Positions 12,746 to 25,628 of a stretch of 64,000 bases of DNA are shown piece by piece. Position 1 is the first letter of the stretch. Every line of letters starts with the position of its first letter. Both the position numbers and the translations under genes were made by a program. Origin of the DNA: Camelus ferus (taxonomy: Eukaryota). Below the pieces are notes generated by a model. It did not search any database and was not told the origin of the DNA. It worked only from the letters and a program-made list of their open reading frames with translations. The stretch spans positions 108,316,001-108,380,000 of the forward strand of contig NC_045697.1 of the NCBI RefSeq assembly GCF_009834535.1, given 5' to 3'.

Positions 12746-15700
12746 CGTTCTAACATCTACATATTCTGCATATAAGCTATTTATCAGATATGTGCTTAGC
12801 AAATATTTTCTCCCAGTCTGTGGGATTTTTGTTTTTTAATTATCATAGCACTATCTTCCAAAGAGTAAAGTTTTCAATTTTGATGAAGTTCAACTTATCA
12901 TTTTTTTTTTTTTTTGGTTTTCGTATCTGAGAATTCATTGTTTAACTCAAGATCACAAAGATTTTTCTCCTATGTTTTCTTCTAGAAGTTTTATAGAATT
13001 ATGGGTCAATGTTATTATTATGGCAATTATTATTATTGTTGTTATTGTTGTTGTTGTTATATAGGTATCTAATTCTTTCCAGCATTATTCATTGAAAGGC
13101 ATCCTTTCTCCATTGGACTACCTTTGTCATTTTGTTGAAATCAACCCAAGATATACGTGTGGTTCTATTTTTAGTCTCTCTATGCTGTTCAGTTGATCTC
13201 TGTGTTTATCCTTTCACCAATACAAGAACATCTTGATTGTTGTAGCTTTAGAACAAGCCTTGAAATAAGTAGCACAGCTTCTCAAACTGTTTTTTTTAAT
13301 TAGCTGGGCTATTATAGTTTCCATATACATTTTAGATTTCTGCTTGTTGATTTCTACTAAAAATCTTGCTGGGATTTTACTTGGGATTGCATTGAATCTA
13401 TAGATCAGTTTGGGGGAAATTAACATCTTAACAATATTGAAACTTCCAACCCATAAGCATAGTATAACTCTCCGTTTAGTTAGGTCTTAGTTCTTTCATC
13501 AAAGTTTTATAGTTTAGAATATAGATCTTGCACATATTTTGTTAGATGTTAGCTTACATAATGCTTTTAAGTGCTGTTGTAAATGGTACTTTATTTTAAA
13601 TGGTATATTTAATTCCAATTTACAAATATTCATTGCTAGTGTATAGAAATACAATTGCTTTTGGTATATTGATATTATAATCTTTATCCTTGCTGACCTC
13701 ACTTATTAATTCTAGTAGCTGTTTTGTAAATTCTTTGGGATTTTCTGTATGGACTATTATGATACTTACAAGTGGAGAGAGTTATTTCTTCCTTTCTAAC
13801 CTGTATGTCTTTTATTTCTTTTTCTTGCCTTATTGCACTGTCTAGGACTTCCAGGACAATTCTGAATACAAGTGGTGAGAATGGATATCCTTACCTTGTT
13901 CTCAGTCTTAAGGGGAAATTATTTGGTCACATATCAAGTGTGATGTTAGCTGTAGGTTTTTTGTAGATGCCCTTTATCAGATTGAGGAGTCTATTCTTAG
14001 TTTTCTGAGAATAGATCAATAGACAGATAGATCGATACAGATGGATCATGAACAAACTTTGAATTTCATCAAATACTTTTTCTGTATCTATTGAGGTGGT
14101 CATATAATTTTTCTTCTTTAATCTTTATGTGGTAAACTACACTGAAAAAATTTTAAAGTGTTGATTTCATTCCTGGGATAAATCCCACTTAATATGTGAT
14201 GTATTATCCTTTTCATATATTGCTGGATTCAATTTTCTAATATTCAGTTGATAAATTTTGCATTTATATTCATGAGAGATATTGGTTTTTAGTTTTCTTA
14301 GCATGCAATATCTTTGCATGGTTTTGGTATCAGGTAATGCTAGCTTCATAAAAGGAGTTAAGAAATGGTTGTTCTCTTCTATTTTCTAAAAAAGTTTGTG
14401 TACTATTGGTGTTACTTTTTACCAAAATCATCTGGTTGAATTTTGCAGTAAAGCCATCTTAGGTTTGATGTTTCCTTATAGAAAGGCTTTTAGTTATAAA
14501 TTATTTCTTTAATAAAATATATGATGATTCCAGTTATCTATGACTTCTTAAATACACCTTTTGACAAATTTTCCCTTTCATCCAAGTTGTTGAATTTATG
14601 GACATAAAGTTTTTCATAGTATTCCCTAATTAGCCTTTCACTGTCTATATAATTTGTAGTGTTTCCTATTTCATTTCTTATATTGGTATTTGAGGCTTTT
14701 TTCTTTACTAAATCTGGGTAAAGTCTTACCAGCTTTATTGATTTTAAAGAACCAACTTTTTGTCTCATTGCTTGTCTGTATTGTTTTCCTGTTTGCAATG
14801 CTATTGATTTCTGCTCCTTTCTTATTATTTCCTTTTTCTGCTTATTTTAGGTTTATTTTGTTCTTTTTATAGTTTCTTAATGTGAAAGCTTAGATTGACT
14901 TGATTGACTTATAGATCTTCTTTTCTTATTAGGTGTTTACAGCTATATATTCCTTCTAAGCACTGTTTCAGCTCTACCTCACAAATTTTGATATGTTGTT
15001 TTCATTCCATTCAAACTGTTTTCTAATTTCCCTTTTGACTTTGATCATAGGTTAAATAACATTACATTGTTTAATTTCTAAATATTTGTGACTTTTCCAG
15101 ATATCTTTCTGCTGTTGATTTCTAGTTCAATTTTATTGAACTAGAAATCTAGTCAGAGAACATACTTTATATTATTTCAATTCATTTAAATTTCTTACGA
15201 TTTACTTTATGGCTCAGAGTATGATCTATCTTGTGAATGTCCACGGGCACTCAAAAAGAGAATGTATATTCTACTATTAGATGGAGTGTTCTGTGAATGT
15301 CAATTAGGTTAAGTTGGTTGATAGTGTTAAATCTTCTATCTTTTTATTTATTTTTCTGTCCATTTGTTCTACCTGTTACTGAGATAGGAAAGTTAAAATC
15401 CCTAATTGTAACTTTGGATTTATCTTTTCTCTGTTTATTTCTATCAGCTTTCACTTCCTATATTTCAAGGTACTGTTGTAAGGTACTTAACTCTTTAGGA
15501 TTATTATGTTTTCTTGATGAATCAACCCCTTTATTATTATGTTACATCCGTTTGTAATTCTGGTAATGTTTCTTGTTCTAAAGTCTACTTTATCTGATAT
15601 TATTATAGTCACCTTAGCTTTCTTTCAATTAGCATTTACATGATATGTCCTTTTCTATTCTTTTACTTTTAACCTTCCTAAATATTCATATTTAAATTGG

Positions 15701-17373
15701 GTTTCCTGTAAAAAGCATCTAGTTGGATCTTGTTTTTCTATCCAATTCAAAAATTTCTGTCTTTTAATCGATATTGATATGTTTGAACTTCAGTGTGTCA
15801 TTTTGATACTTGTTTTTTACTTGTTCCATATGTTGTCTCTTTATTCCTCTTTTTGCCTGCTTTTAGATTGAATATTTTTCATTCAATTTTATCTCTAGTA
15901 CTGGCTTATTATTTAAACCTATGTTCAAAATGTTTTGTAGTGCCCTTAGGTTTACAATACATTCTTTAATTAATTACATTCTACCTTCGAATAATAAGAC
16001 TTCATGTATAGTGTAAGGACCTTATAGCAGCAAACTTCCATCTCCTCCCTCCCATCTTTTGTTCTATTTTTGTCATATTTTTACAGATGCAATAAATCCA
16101 CAATGTATTTCTACTATGTCTGTTTTAAAGTGTTAATTATCTTTTGTTTTAGAGAATGATTAAAACTAAGAAAAAAGTATTCTTATCTTCACTTCATTTT
16201 AACCATTTCCAGAGATCTCTCATTTGAGGAAGTAAATCTAAGTTTCTGTTGGATATCATATTTCTTCTTCCAGAAGAGTGTCCTTTAATATTTCTTGAGG
16301 TGCAGAGTTGCTGGTAATGAATTCTCTCAGCTTTTGCTTGTCTAAGTAAGTGTTTATTTCATATTCATTTTGAAAGATATTTTCTCCAGGTATAGAATTC
16401 TGGATTGACTGGGTTTTTTTTCTTTCAATACTTCAAAATTTTCATTCCACTGTCTTCTGAATGTGTCATTTTGGAATAGAAGGTGGTTGTAATTATTATC
16501 TTTTTCTTTATATTTGATTTTCAGATGTTTGCATATGATGTGTCAGGAGTATTGTTCCTCCCCTTCCTCCTTTTTACCTCCTCCTTCCCCCCTTCTTCCT
16601 CCTCCTTCTTTTGTTTTTCCTGCTTGAGATACTCTGAGCTTCTTACATTTGTCCATTGATGTTTTCCTTTACTTTTGAAAAACTCTATGCCATTCTTTCT
16701 TCAAATAGTCCTTCTGCCCTGTTTTCTTTCTTATCCTGTTAGATTTGAATTACCTGTATATTAGGCCATTTTATACTGACCCATGGTTCTATTGTTTCTC
16801 TCATTTTTTTTCTTTTGATATTTTCAGTTTGTGTAATTTCCTTTGACCTGTTTTCAAGTTCCTCAGCTGATCCTCAGCTGTGTTAGTTATATTTGTGTGT
16901 CCTCAAAGGCTTTCTTCATTTTTGTTACCTTGTTTTTTATTTTTGTTATTTTCATTGGACCCTTTCTTATAGTTTTCATCTCTCTACAGAAATTCTCCAT
17001 CTGTTCATGCATGTTGTTCGTTAGTCCCCTAAAACTTTTAAATATCAATCATAGTTATTTCCTGTGATAGTAACAAAATCCAGGTTGTCTCTCAGGCTCT
17101 GAGTTTGATTCTGTTGATAACTTTGGCTCTTAACAATGAGCTGATTTTTCTTGCTTTTTTGTCTGTCTCATGATTTTTTGTTGAGTGCTAGACATCATGC
17201 ATAGAATAATAGAGACTGAAGTAAATACTGTTTAAGTCTGGAAATGGGTATGCCTTTTCTTCCGGGCCTTCAGTGTGAGGTTGAGTCAATCTAGTCAGAA
17301 GTTAATGTGAGTTTGAGTTTTAGTATGCTTATGATCACCTTCAGTACACAGCTAGCTTCAAATTTCTCTAATG

Positions 17374-17598
17374 CAGTGACTCTCAACAAGGAGTTATTTT
17401 GCCTCCAGAGGAAGTATTATAATGTGTGTATCTGGAGATATTTTTGACTGTCACAACTGGAGGAGCTGGATGATACTGGAATCTAGTGGGCAGAGGCTAG
17501 GGATGCTACTAAATATTCTACAATGCACAGGACTGCTCCCCCATAACCAAGAATTATGTGGCCCAAAATGTCAGTAGTGCCACAGCTGAGAAACTCTG
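17374..17598 (+). mobile_element. MER20 hAT-Charlie DNA transposon, near full length
   Basis: cagtgactctcaac...ctggaatctagtgggcagaggctagggatgctactaaatattctacaatgcacagga...aagaattatgtggcccaaaatgtcagtagtgcc...gagaaactctg; terminal inverted repeats recognisable. Confidence 0.92.
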
Positions 17599-18784
17599 GC
17601 CTCACTTTGCCTTATGCTGAGGGTATCAAGTACTCTATCCTCACTTTTCAGCTTCCTTCATGTGCCTGTGCCTCAAAGAGGGTCTCTTTCCTTGCTTTTG
17701 CCTCTCATCGAGAAGAAGATAACTGTTAATTGTTACTTGAGGTTTGCTACCCTGGTGGTGGAAGATGGATGGGGCTGGCGGCTCAGCCTTTGCCTTAGGC
17801 AGGCCCCATGTTTTGGGTTTCAGTTTGGGGGTTTGTAGAATTGTTTCCTCTCACCCTTTCCCAGTGTCCTGGGGGTGTCAAGGTTTGCTGCTCACCTTCA
17901 GGAGCTCAAGGCTTTTGCTCTGTGGGAGAGAAGGCTTTGTGCCTTCCTGCTCTTTCCTCCAGGCCTGCTCTCTCAGGTGTGCCACCCTGCCCTGAGTCTT
18001 ACCCAGGAGACAAGCACCCAGAGAAGTTCAAGGAGATGTGGATGCAATGTCCCTAGTGTGTGCAGCTCCCTGGGTGATATAGTCTCACACTAGCCCACCT
18101 CACTTTTGGCAATTCATTAAAACCATAGCTAAATTCTTCTTACCCATGAAGACAGCATGTGAGATCTCTTCTTTCAGTGCTCTGTCATAGGTGAGCCAGT
18201 GTTCATGCTCATCTTTTTAGGGAAGAAGTCCATCTTTCCTCAGATTTTAGGCTTTTTGTTTGCTCTGAAACCTCCGCTCTCCCATGGTTCAAGAAAAGTT
18301 TTAATTTTTTAGTTTATCCAGATTTTTCTTCTTGTCACTCTTTCCAGCTTTCTACAGTCTCAGCACTGCAATTACCGAGCCTAGATTTTTAAACAATCTC
18401 TTCTGCGGCCATGCTTGTTTCTTTCATACAAATTAGCTCACAAGCGATCAACAAGCAAGCAGGGGATGTGGTCATTATAATGCAGACCTAGTGTTGGTTC
18501 TTACGCAATTTCCCCTGGCATGTGAGCATTCTGAAGTTACTTCTGGTACCCTGTGTCTCCACTCTCTTAAGCTATTCTGAGCAGACTGAAGGTGAAGATA
18601 AAAAAGCTGCCAGTATATTATGCTCTATGTCAAAACAATGAATTAATGAAGAAAGCTATACCCCAAATCCAAATTTTAATATTGATGAAAATATTCTCTC
18701 TCAGAAACCAATACCCTTCAAGACACATACTGTGAAAGAGAAAGTATATGATCTCCAGGCTTCATATACTTACTTATGCTACAA

Positions 18785-18925
18785 TTTTTTTTAATTTTAA
18801 AATAATTTTATTGTGGTATAATTTCTATACAGTAAACTACACATATTTCAGATGTATTTTGATGAATTTTGATAGATGTATACACCTATGAAACCACCAC
18901 CACAATCAAGATAGCTAACATTCCC
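18785..18925 (-). mobile_element. Old L1 3' end fragment
   Basis: ttttattgtggtataattt...gatgaattttgatagatgtatacacctatgaaaccaccaccacaatcaagata. Confidence 0.8.
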
Positions 18926-20411
18926 TATGCCACTTTTTTTATTAGGATTTCTATTGATTTTTATGAATAATCTGTTTTCAAATTTTCATTGGTTTGAGTG
19001 AGCTGTTCCAATCTTATTTTCCCCATAAACTCTATTATTTTAGGTGCATGATTTTGCAGAATGGGAATTCTTAAGTATGCAAGAAGGTAATATAGCAAAA
19101 AAAATGACTGTAATATGAATTTTTTTTCTTATCATGAAAGCAATAATGCTCATTACTGAAAAAACTGGAAACTATAGAAAAGGAAAAATTCAATAACCAA
19201 TAATTATCCCATTCAGAGGTAATTTTTAATTCACATATTACGTGCTTTAAACATAACTGGAATCAAGACGTTATGGTTTTCAAAACTGAAGAATACAAAC
19301 TATTAAAGAAATAATTTCTACATCAATGAGGGAGAGATTAAATGTAGGGAAACTTACCACACACACATACATACATACTAAAAAGCAATCCTCTCACCCC
19401 AAGAAAATAGCTCTTTAGGGTAGAGAATGAGCACATTTATACTTCACTCCACTTGAAATTAAAACAGATAGAATCTAGTTCATGATCCTTTTTAAGCACT
19501 TCTCTGGTCTCCTAACCAATGATCTTGAGATTTTGGACCTTTAAACTTTCAAAGACATTTTTCTGAATCAAAAGTACAAAAATGTATGATTCATCCAGAA
19601 TCAGTTTAAAAATTTTAGCATTCCATACTATGGAAAATAATCCCCACTGCCATCCTACAGCCCAGCCCAGACTCTAACTGTGTTAATAATGACCGTCTTG
19701 CTGAATCCGCTTCAGGAACCATCTTTGGTGCCCTCCACTCTCCAGTCCTGTATGTGGGAATTTTGCAAAGGACCTGGAAGAAACAAATGAGGCAAAGCAT
19801 CTGGATAATTCAACAGGAGTGTGATGTACGGACCACGTAATGGTCCACACGCTGCAAACAGGCCTTTGAAAAATTTTTTTTTGTCCACGAGGAAAGATCC
19901 TCCACTCCTTTTCCTCTCCCATCAAAGAGAGAAGTCTCATGAAACAGAAGCAGATACTCGGGGAAATTCTCTGGCCTCCAGATGAAGGTTGGTGATAGTT
20001 TCATTGTTTAAGAGCAAAATAATCTTCAGTCCACATGCTCACTTGGATGGACAAGCACAGGCCCACAGCCATGGCTAGAAAAAGTAAAGCCTTCATTGCA
20101 CATAAAAACAAACAAACTGACCACTAACCGGTAGGTCTAAGGGCGACGCCACTGTAAGTAAGTGAATGGAACCACTGGGCTTAAACAGTCTATTTTGGAT
20201 TGTCTTCCTAATTTACTTTGATTTACTAGAACTAATTTGCTATAGTGACTGGCAGTTGGCCCCTGGAAAGGGTGCCTCTAAATTTAAAACTCAATTTTAC
20301 TTCATTTCCAGAAATGCTTATTGATCTCTTTCTAAGTGCTGGGTGACATGCTAGGGCCTGGGGATAGAGATGTGAAAAAGAAGCATGGTGGCCTTGCCCA
20401 CGTCTAGCAAA

Positions 20412-20810
20412 ATATCAGAATTAAGTTTATCCACTGATTTCCCTCCTTATACGTTGACTCTAAAACACTTTCTGGGATTATAACCCACACTCTCCACTTG
20501 GCCAGTCATCTGGGGCTGCCTCATCGCCCTCTGGTAGTGGCAAGGTTTGCAGAAGGCTGGAGTTGCCAGGCTGGCCGTGCTCCTGCTGGTGGTGTGGATG
20601 GGACCGGCCACCTCATCGAGGGCTGAGCAGCATCAGGGCCCTGGCCAGGCAAGCTCTGCAGGGATTGGAGATATCATTCTGAAGGCACAGGTCCTGTGGT
20701 TCCTCGGCAACCCTGTGGGCTAAGCATCATTCCTTTCATAGTTTCCTTTTCTGCTTACATCAGCCAGAATCTGTTTCTGTCGCTTGCAACTCAGAATCCT
20801 GACCCATACG
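20412..20810 (+). mobile_element. Old MaLR/ERVL solo LTR
   Basis: ends ttttctgcttacatcagccagaatctgtttctgtcgcttgcaactcagaatcctgac, a typical MLT1-like 3' end; start uncertain. Confidence 0.5.
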
Positions 20811-22344
20811 CATGGTTAGCCTTCTGCCCTCTGAAAACATTCTGTTCTGTTTCAAATCATAAGTATAAAAATACCTGGAGAAAAGTGTATTATGTTCTCT
20901 GTGACTCTGACATATTTTATCAAATTAAGACTGTCCTCTTAATCAGTGATTCCCAGCTGCAGTCCTGGTTCATATGGTACCAGCATTAACTGTAGGTGGT
21001 GCTTCTATGAGCCTGTCACAGATAAAGAATTGATGTTTAGAAATTTAATTTTTTTTGTATCAAATTAAACAGATTTGATGTCACCAACATCACTCGTTTA
21101 CATTCATATATGCTTTCTTAAGTTGGAGAAAAAAGAGTGGGAATTGGGCACTGGAAATGTTTTCTGCAACTGTAGTTTATTCTATTTGGGCTGCAGCTGG
21201 AGAAGTGTCTGAGGCGTAGGTGACACTGCATGAAACCATGCAGAGTCTAGCCCAGGTGTGGGGGAGAGCCCACTGGCACACTGAGGAGACCTCATCTCGA
21301 GGAGGCTGTAATTGAACAACTGGGTCCTCTCAGGGTGCACGTGCTCCTACAGGTGTCCACCGCCAGCTCCGGCAGCCACGGTACCAACCCATCCACCAGC
21401 AGCCTTTCATATTAAGTTACAGAATGCATATCACTGGGGCCCAATTTAACCCCAGGACAAGTAAATGTTTTAAATTCTAGAGCTGCTCCAAGCCTTATGA
21501 GACCCATCACGTGGTGTAACCTTTTTTTGACTATTTCTCTGTGCACTCCACTCACAGCTGTTGCAAGGTACGATATTATACTTTGCCCAGACTCAGGCAC
21601 CTGTTGTGGGCAATTTGAAATAAAAACAAGTTGGTGGGGAACATGATAAGATATGTAAGAACACATTTCATTCACTCGGAATCCCCCCACAGACTATTCG
21701 ATTTCAGTAAACTCTGCAACCATTTTTCTTTGTCATTATTTGCCAAGAGAGGAGGGAAAAAATAACACATCTCTTTTTATAGGAAACAAATCGGTGTTCT
21801 GCTGGTCCAGGGGTGACAAACATAGATTCCTTTTGCTTATTTTCCTGCAGACTTTCTCCCCTCTCTCGTCTGTGCTAGTATTTCCTCCACCCTTTCAATT
21901 TGTCACAGTTGCCTTTCCCAAAAGAACTTTCATCTTGAAATTGTCTCCTTGACCATGAGGTTGCTTAGGACCACTTTGAGAAAGAGCTTGGAGGTCAACG
22001 ATGCATACAGGGGGTCAGGCAGGGAGATTTGGAAAGCGGGAGGTGGTGCGACCCTGCTCAGTACTGCTGACCCCGCTGGAATCTTCCAGGTTCATAAGAC
22101 AATGCCCAGACTGTTTTGTGATCTTTTTGTTTCTATTCTGAAAATACAACTGCTATACCTAAATTCTTTATCACCTAATGTCGTGTTTTACAGCCTGTTA
22201 GGAGGCTGGGATGCAGGGGCAGGCAACACTCAGAGCAGGACACCAAAAGAAGACGTGGGTGCCGGGGGTGCTGGCTGGGGTGTCTAACAGATCAGGGCCC
22301 AGGGAAGGGGTGGGTGGTCTGCCAGGGAAGAAAAAGAACTGGGT

Positions 22345-22570
22345 TACAAGCTGGACACACTGAAGTTCAATTTCCAACAGCTCTACTCGGTAAGTACCTG
22401 GTCCTGGGGAAGCTGCTCTGTTTCTTTGAGCTTCTGTTTTCTCCTCTGTAGAATGTGGATCATAATAACTTCCTTGCAGGGCTTAGTGTAGGGATTTAAG
22501 TAAATAATGTGTATGAGGTGCCTAGCACAGTGCCTGACTATGAACAGCTGCTCTATAAATTATAGCAAAT
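22345..22570 (+). mobile_element. MIR SINE
   Basis: ttctgttttctcctctgtagaatg...ccttgcagggcttagtgtagggatttaagtaaataatgtgtatgaggtgcctagcacagtgcctg. Confidence 0.85.
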
Positions 22571-23539
22571 ATGTTTAATACCTATAATATTGCTGGACTC
22601 ACGGCCAGTGGAAGGAAGGATTCTAGATGGAATGTTTCATCTCCTTGAGCACCAATGTCTGCTTAACCAATAAGCCTTTGCCCTAATCCCACACTCTAAT
22701 TAGGTCAGCTCTGGGGTCTACATTGAGCAGGACTGTGCCTGAGAGTCTGCAGCATCATTATCACCAATGCCACAGCGACATCTCTTAATGGAAAATGCAG
22801 ACACGATAGATGTAGAGGAGGTAGGAGGCCCCTGGGACCTCACCTCCCCAAACCCTGCATCCCAGGGGCCCTTCACAGGCAGCCACAGCTCCTTCTCTCT
22901 ACAGGCTGCCCTCCCCGGTCTGATTTCTTTTTCATGCTTCTCTGCATCTAAGGCGTTTGGTCTCTGAGCTATGCTTCTTCCCAAGGGAGCCAGTCTCCTC
23001 CCCAGCACCTGAACTCCCGCTCAGCATCTCCACCTGCACAGCTGTCACTCACTTCAATGGAGCTTCCAGCACATGAGCAAACAAAAGGGCAGCTAGAGAG
23101 GGGCCCAGCGCAGGCACAGAGGGAGGCTCCCGCCTTCAACGCTGGAATCCTAAGTATCTTTGAAACCACCAGGAGCTGCAAATAGGATGGAGGAAAACAG
23201 AAAAGACAAATTTTACATCTTCACCAACCTGTGCCTCTAGACGCCTCATTATGCCTGAGCGTCTGGTAGATGGAAAGGACCTACTGACATGACTGGTGGG
23301 GTTAGTATGGAAACATAAACCTGGAAAAAATAGCTGTAAAATTATAAAGAAAAACTTCCCTAGAGAAACGATGATGAGGAATCTGGAGTGGAAAAAGTTT
23401 CAATTGAGAAGATTCCCTCTCTCTTCTCTTCCTGTTGGGTCTACAGGCCAAGTCGAAGTCCTAAACTTGCAGTCCCGGCCTCACCTGCCCCCTGCCCACA
23501 TCTGCAGCCTCCTGTCCAGCTGCACCAACTCTCCAGCAG

Positions 23540-23710
23540 TGTCCAACCCCTCGCAGTTTCCTGTAAGGGCTTTTTGAGACAAATGAATTCCCAGGCCCTA
23601 CCTTGGGATGTTCTGGTTCACTGGGTCCAAGGTGAGCCCTGCAACTCTAGTTCAAGATGCTCCCCCGGTGATGGGGATGACAGGATGGTCACCTAGGTTT
23701 GGGAGTGCTT
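23540..23710. mobile_element. MER5-like DNA transposon fragment
   Basis: aattcccaggccctacc...ctggttcactgggtcc...ctccccggtgat...aggtttgggag. Confidence 0.5.
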
Positions 23711-24007
23711 AGGCTGCATCGTCCTTTGGAGATTAGCTGGGTCGATATACATGAAAGCATCTTGTAAGCTGTCACCTTCCCCATAGATGTCAAGCAGTGT
23801 TGGAGTGCTGGAGTTTAGCCCTGAGCTTAATGTGGATGGGGGCTCTCCCTTCCCTCCCAGCAAGACTCAGGCAGTAACAGCAAAACTGACCTTTGGCAAA
23901 AATAGCCCCAAGATGGGCCCGGGAAAAGTTCTCAAAGCTCCCAGCTTTCCCAACCAATTTTTTTTTTTCAGTTTTATCAAATGATTCCTATGAGAAACCC
24001 AAATCCT

Positions 24008-24500
24008 AGTAGACACTGTTCGTAGAGTCCCAACCATCTTTCATGATATGGTCATGCTGGCTGAGCCCAGCTTTGTGTTAGGGTCCGTGATTCTGACAAG
24101 GCCAGTTAGGGTGGGCCTTCTTCTTGTTGTGACTGGTTTAGACAGTTTCTGGGCAATGAAATGCCAGGGGAGGCCTGCTCAGGGGCTTCCGGGAAAAATT
24201 ACCGGCTCCTAAGAAGAGACTCTCTGCCCTTTCCTCCCATTGGACATTTCCACTTGTGCCTGGGATGCTTGAAACTATAGCAACAATCTTGCTATTTTGA
24301 AGGGAGTTAGCCCAAAGTCAGCATCCCGAGGAAGGTAAAACAGAAAATGGGAGAAACCTGGGTCCTCCACGATGTCGCTGAACCATCAAACCCACCAACC
24401 CTGGAGTTTCTTTTTATGTAAGAAGACAAATCCTGTTATTGCTTAAGCCATTTTGAGTTGGGTTTTCTGTAATTTGCAACAGCAAGCCTTCTGATATACT
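24008..24500 (+). mobile_element. MaLR solo LTR (MLT1J-like)
   Basis: gtagacactg start; ggggcttccgggaaa; gaaacctgggtcctccacgatgtcgctgaacc; ttaagccattttgagttgggttttctgtaatttgcaac. Confidence 0.8.
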
Positions 24501-25628
24501 GGTGTATAAAACAGATTAAAATTGGCAAATTATTATTAAACATCTGTTTTATAGGCTTTCATTCATAGCTTTTATTTATTAGAAGTCAATCAAAAAGATA
24601 ATGAAGAATCTTTGCAACACATCGTTTGAAATGGGAAGTGAGGGTTATAAATTGAAGTCGTATGAGTCTAAGCACCCAATTTATTTTAGCATTTTGTTTT
24701 GATTGTATAATAGCTAGGAAAGGCCGATTTCCACACTTGAGGGGTGGCAAATGGTAACAGTTTTTGACAAAAACTATTTGCTTTGCAAACTCAAGACACT
24801 TTTCAGTTAACAGTGATAGCAGGAAAAGCTTTATTCCAATATCTGGGCTCCCACACTCAAAAGTTAGGTTGGCAGGCACAGACCAATGTGCTGATTGTTA
24901 AAAGTTGTGTATAATATATTATTTGTTTACAATGAAAAACATACAGCATTCAAAATTTTTCAATAAAACATTTGCAAAATTCCCCAAAGAGCTTCACAGA
25001 ATCTGAGGTTCCTTAGAACACACTTTGAAAACTTCTGTCCTAAGTGTAATTAAATTATGCTAATGATGTATAATTAATTTAAAATCCAGGTTTCCAATGT
25101 GATAGACAAGATCCTTCCCTCCTGCTTAATTCCGATTTCCAAGAGCTCAAAGCCAGACCTTGTCTTACGTCATTCAAATCTGGCAATAAGACAAACACTC
25201 CATTAGCATAATAGGAGATGTGCTCCCAAGAGATTATGATTCACGGAGGAAAAGGGCTGAGTGTGGGACCAGACCACATGGAGGGCCTCTCGTCTCTTAC
25301 TTCCTCCTCCCTCCTGGTCCAAAGCATCCCTAACCCCAGGTCAACCCCCCACAGCAGAACCACTCTGAACGAAGACTGACAATACACACTGAGGCCAGAC
25401 AGGAGAAAATAGAAGCTGGACAGGTAACCATGGGGTTGTCAGGGCATATGAGTCAAGGACCAGAATGAAAGAGTGAGAAGGGAGAAGGAAGGAAGAGGGC
25501 CCAGGGGACACTGCCTTTTCCGGCTGTGCATCTGGCTTCATGATGCACCTCTGGAATCCAGGATTAATGCTTCCATCTGGGAAAAAAGATGAATAAGATG
25601 AAGAAGGTGAATAATCTCCAATATCCAC

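Larger units (their letters stand above)
11620..18360 (-). mobile_element. Long degenerate old L1 (L1M-type), inactive, carrying nested insertions
   Basis: Minus-strand ORF2 relics: PKLIYRFNAIPSKIP (13214-13426), RLIREYYEKLYVHKFNNLDE (14538-14798), C-terminal relic (12124-12321). The FADDMIVYIENPKE motif has decayed to [14 protein letters not shown] near 13735-13780. 3' UTR motifs at 11620-12100. Many stops and frameshifts. Confidence 0.92.

Noticed and set aside
11620..18360. Active L1 or domesticated RT gene
   Set aside because: Many stops and frameshifts, catalytic FADD motif lost, nested insertions
20522..20542. CTCF-like motif (similar ones near 11355, 43050, 51925)
   Set aside because: Each has core mismatches; cannot be separated from background without PWM scoring or ChIP data
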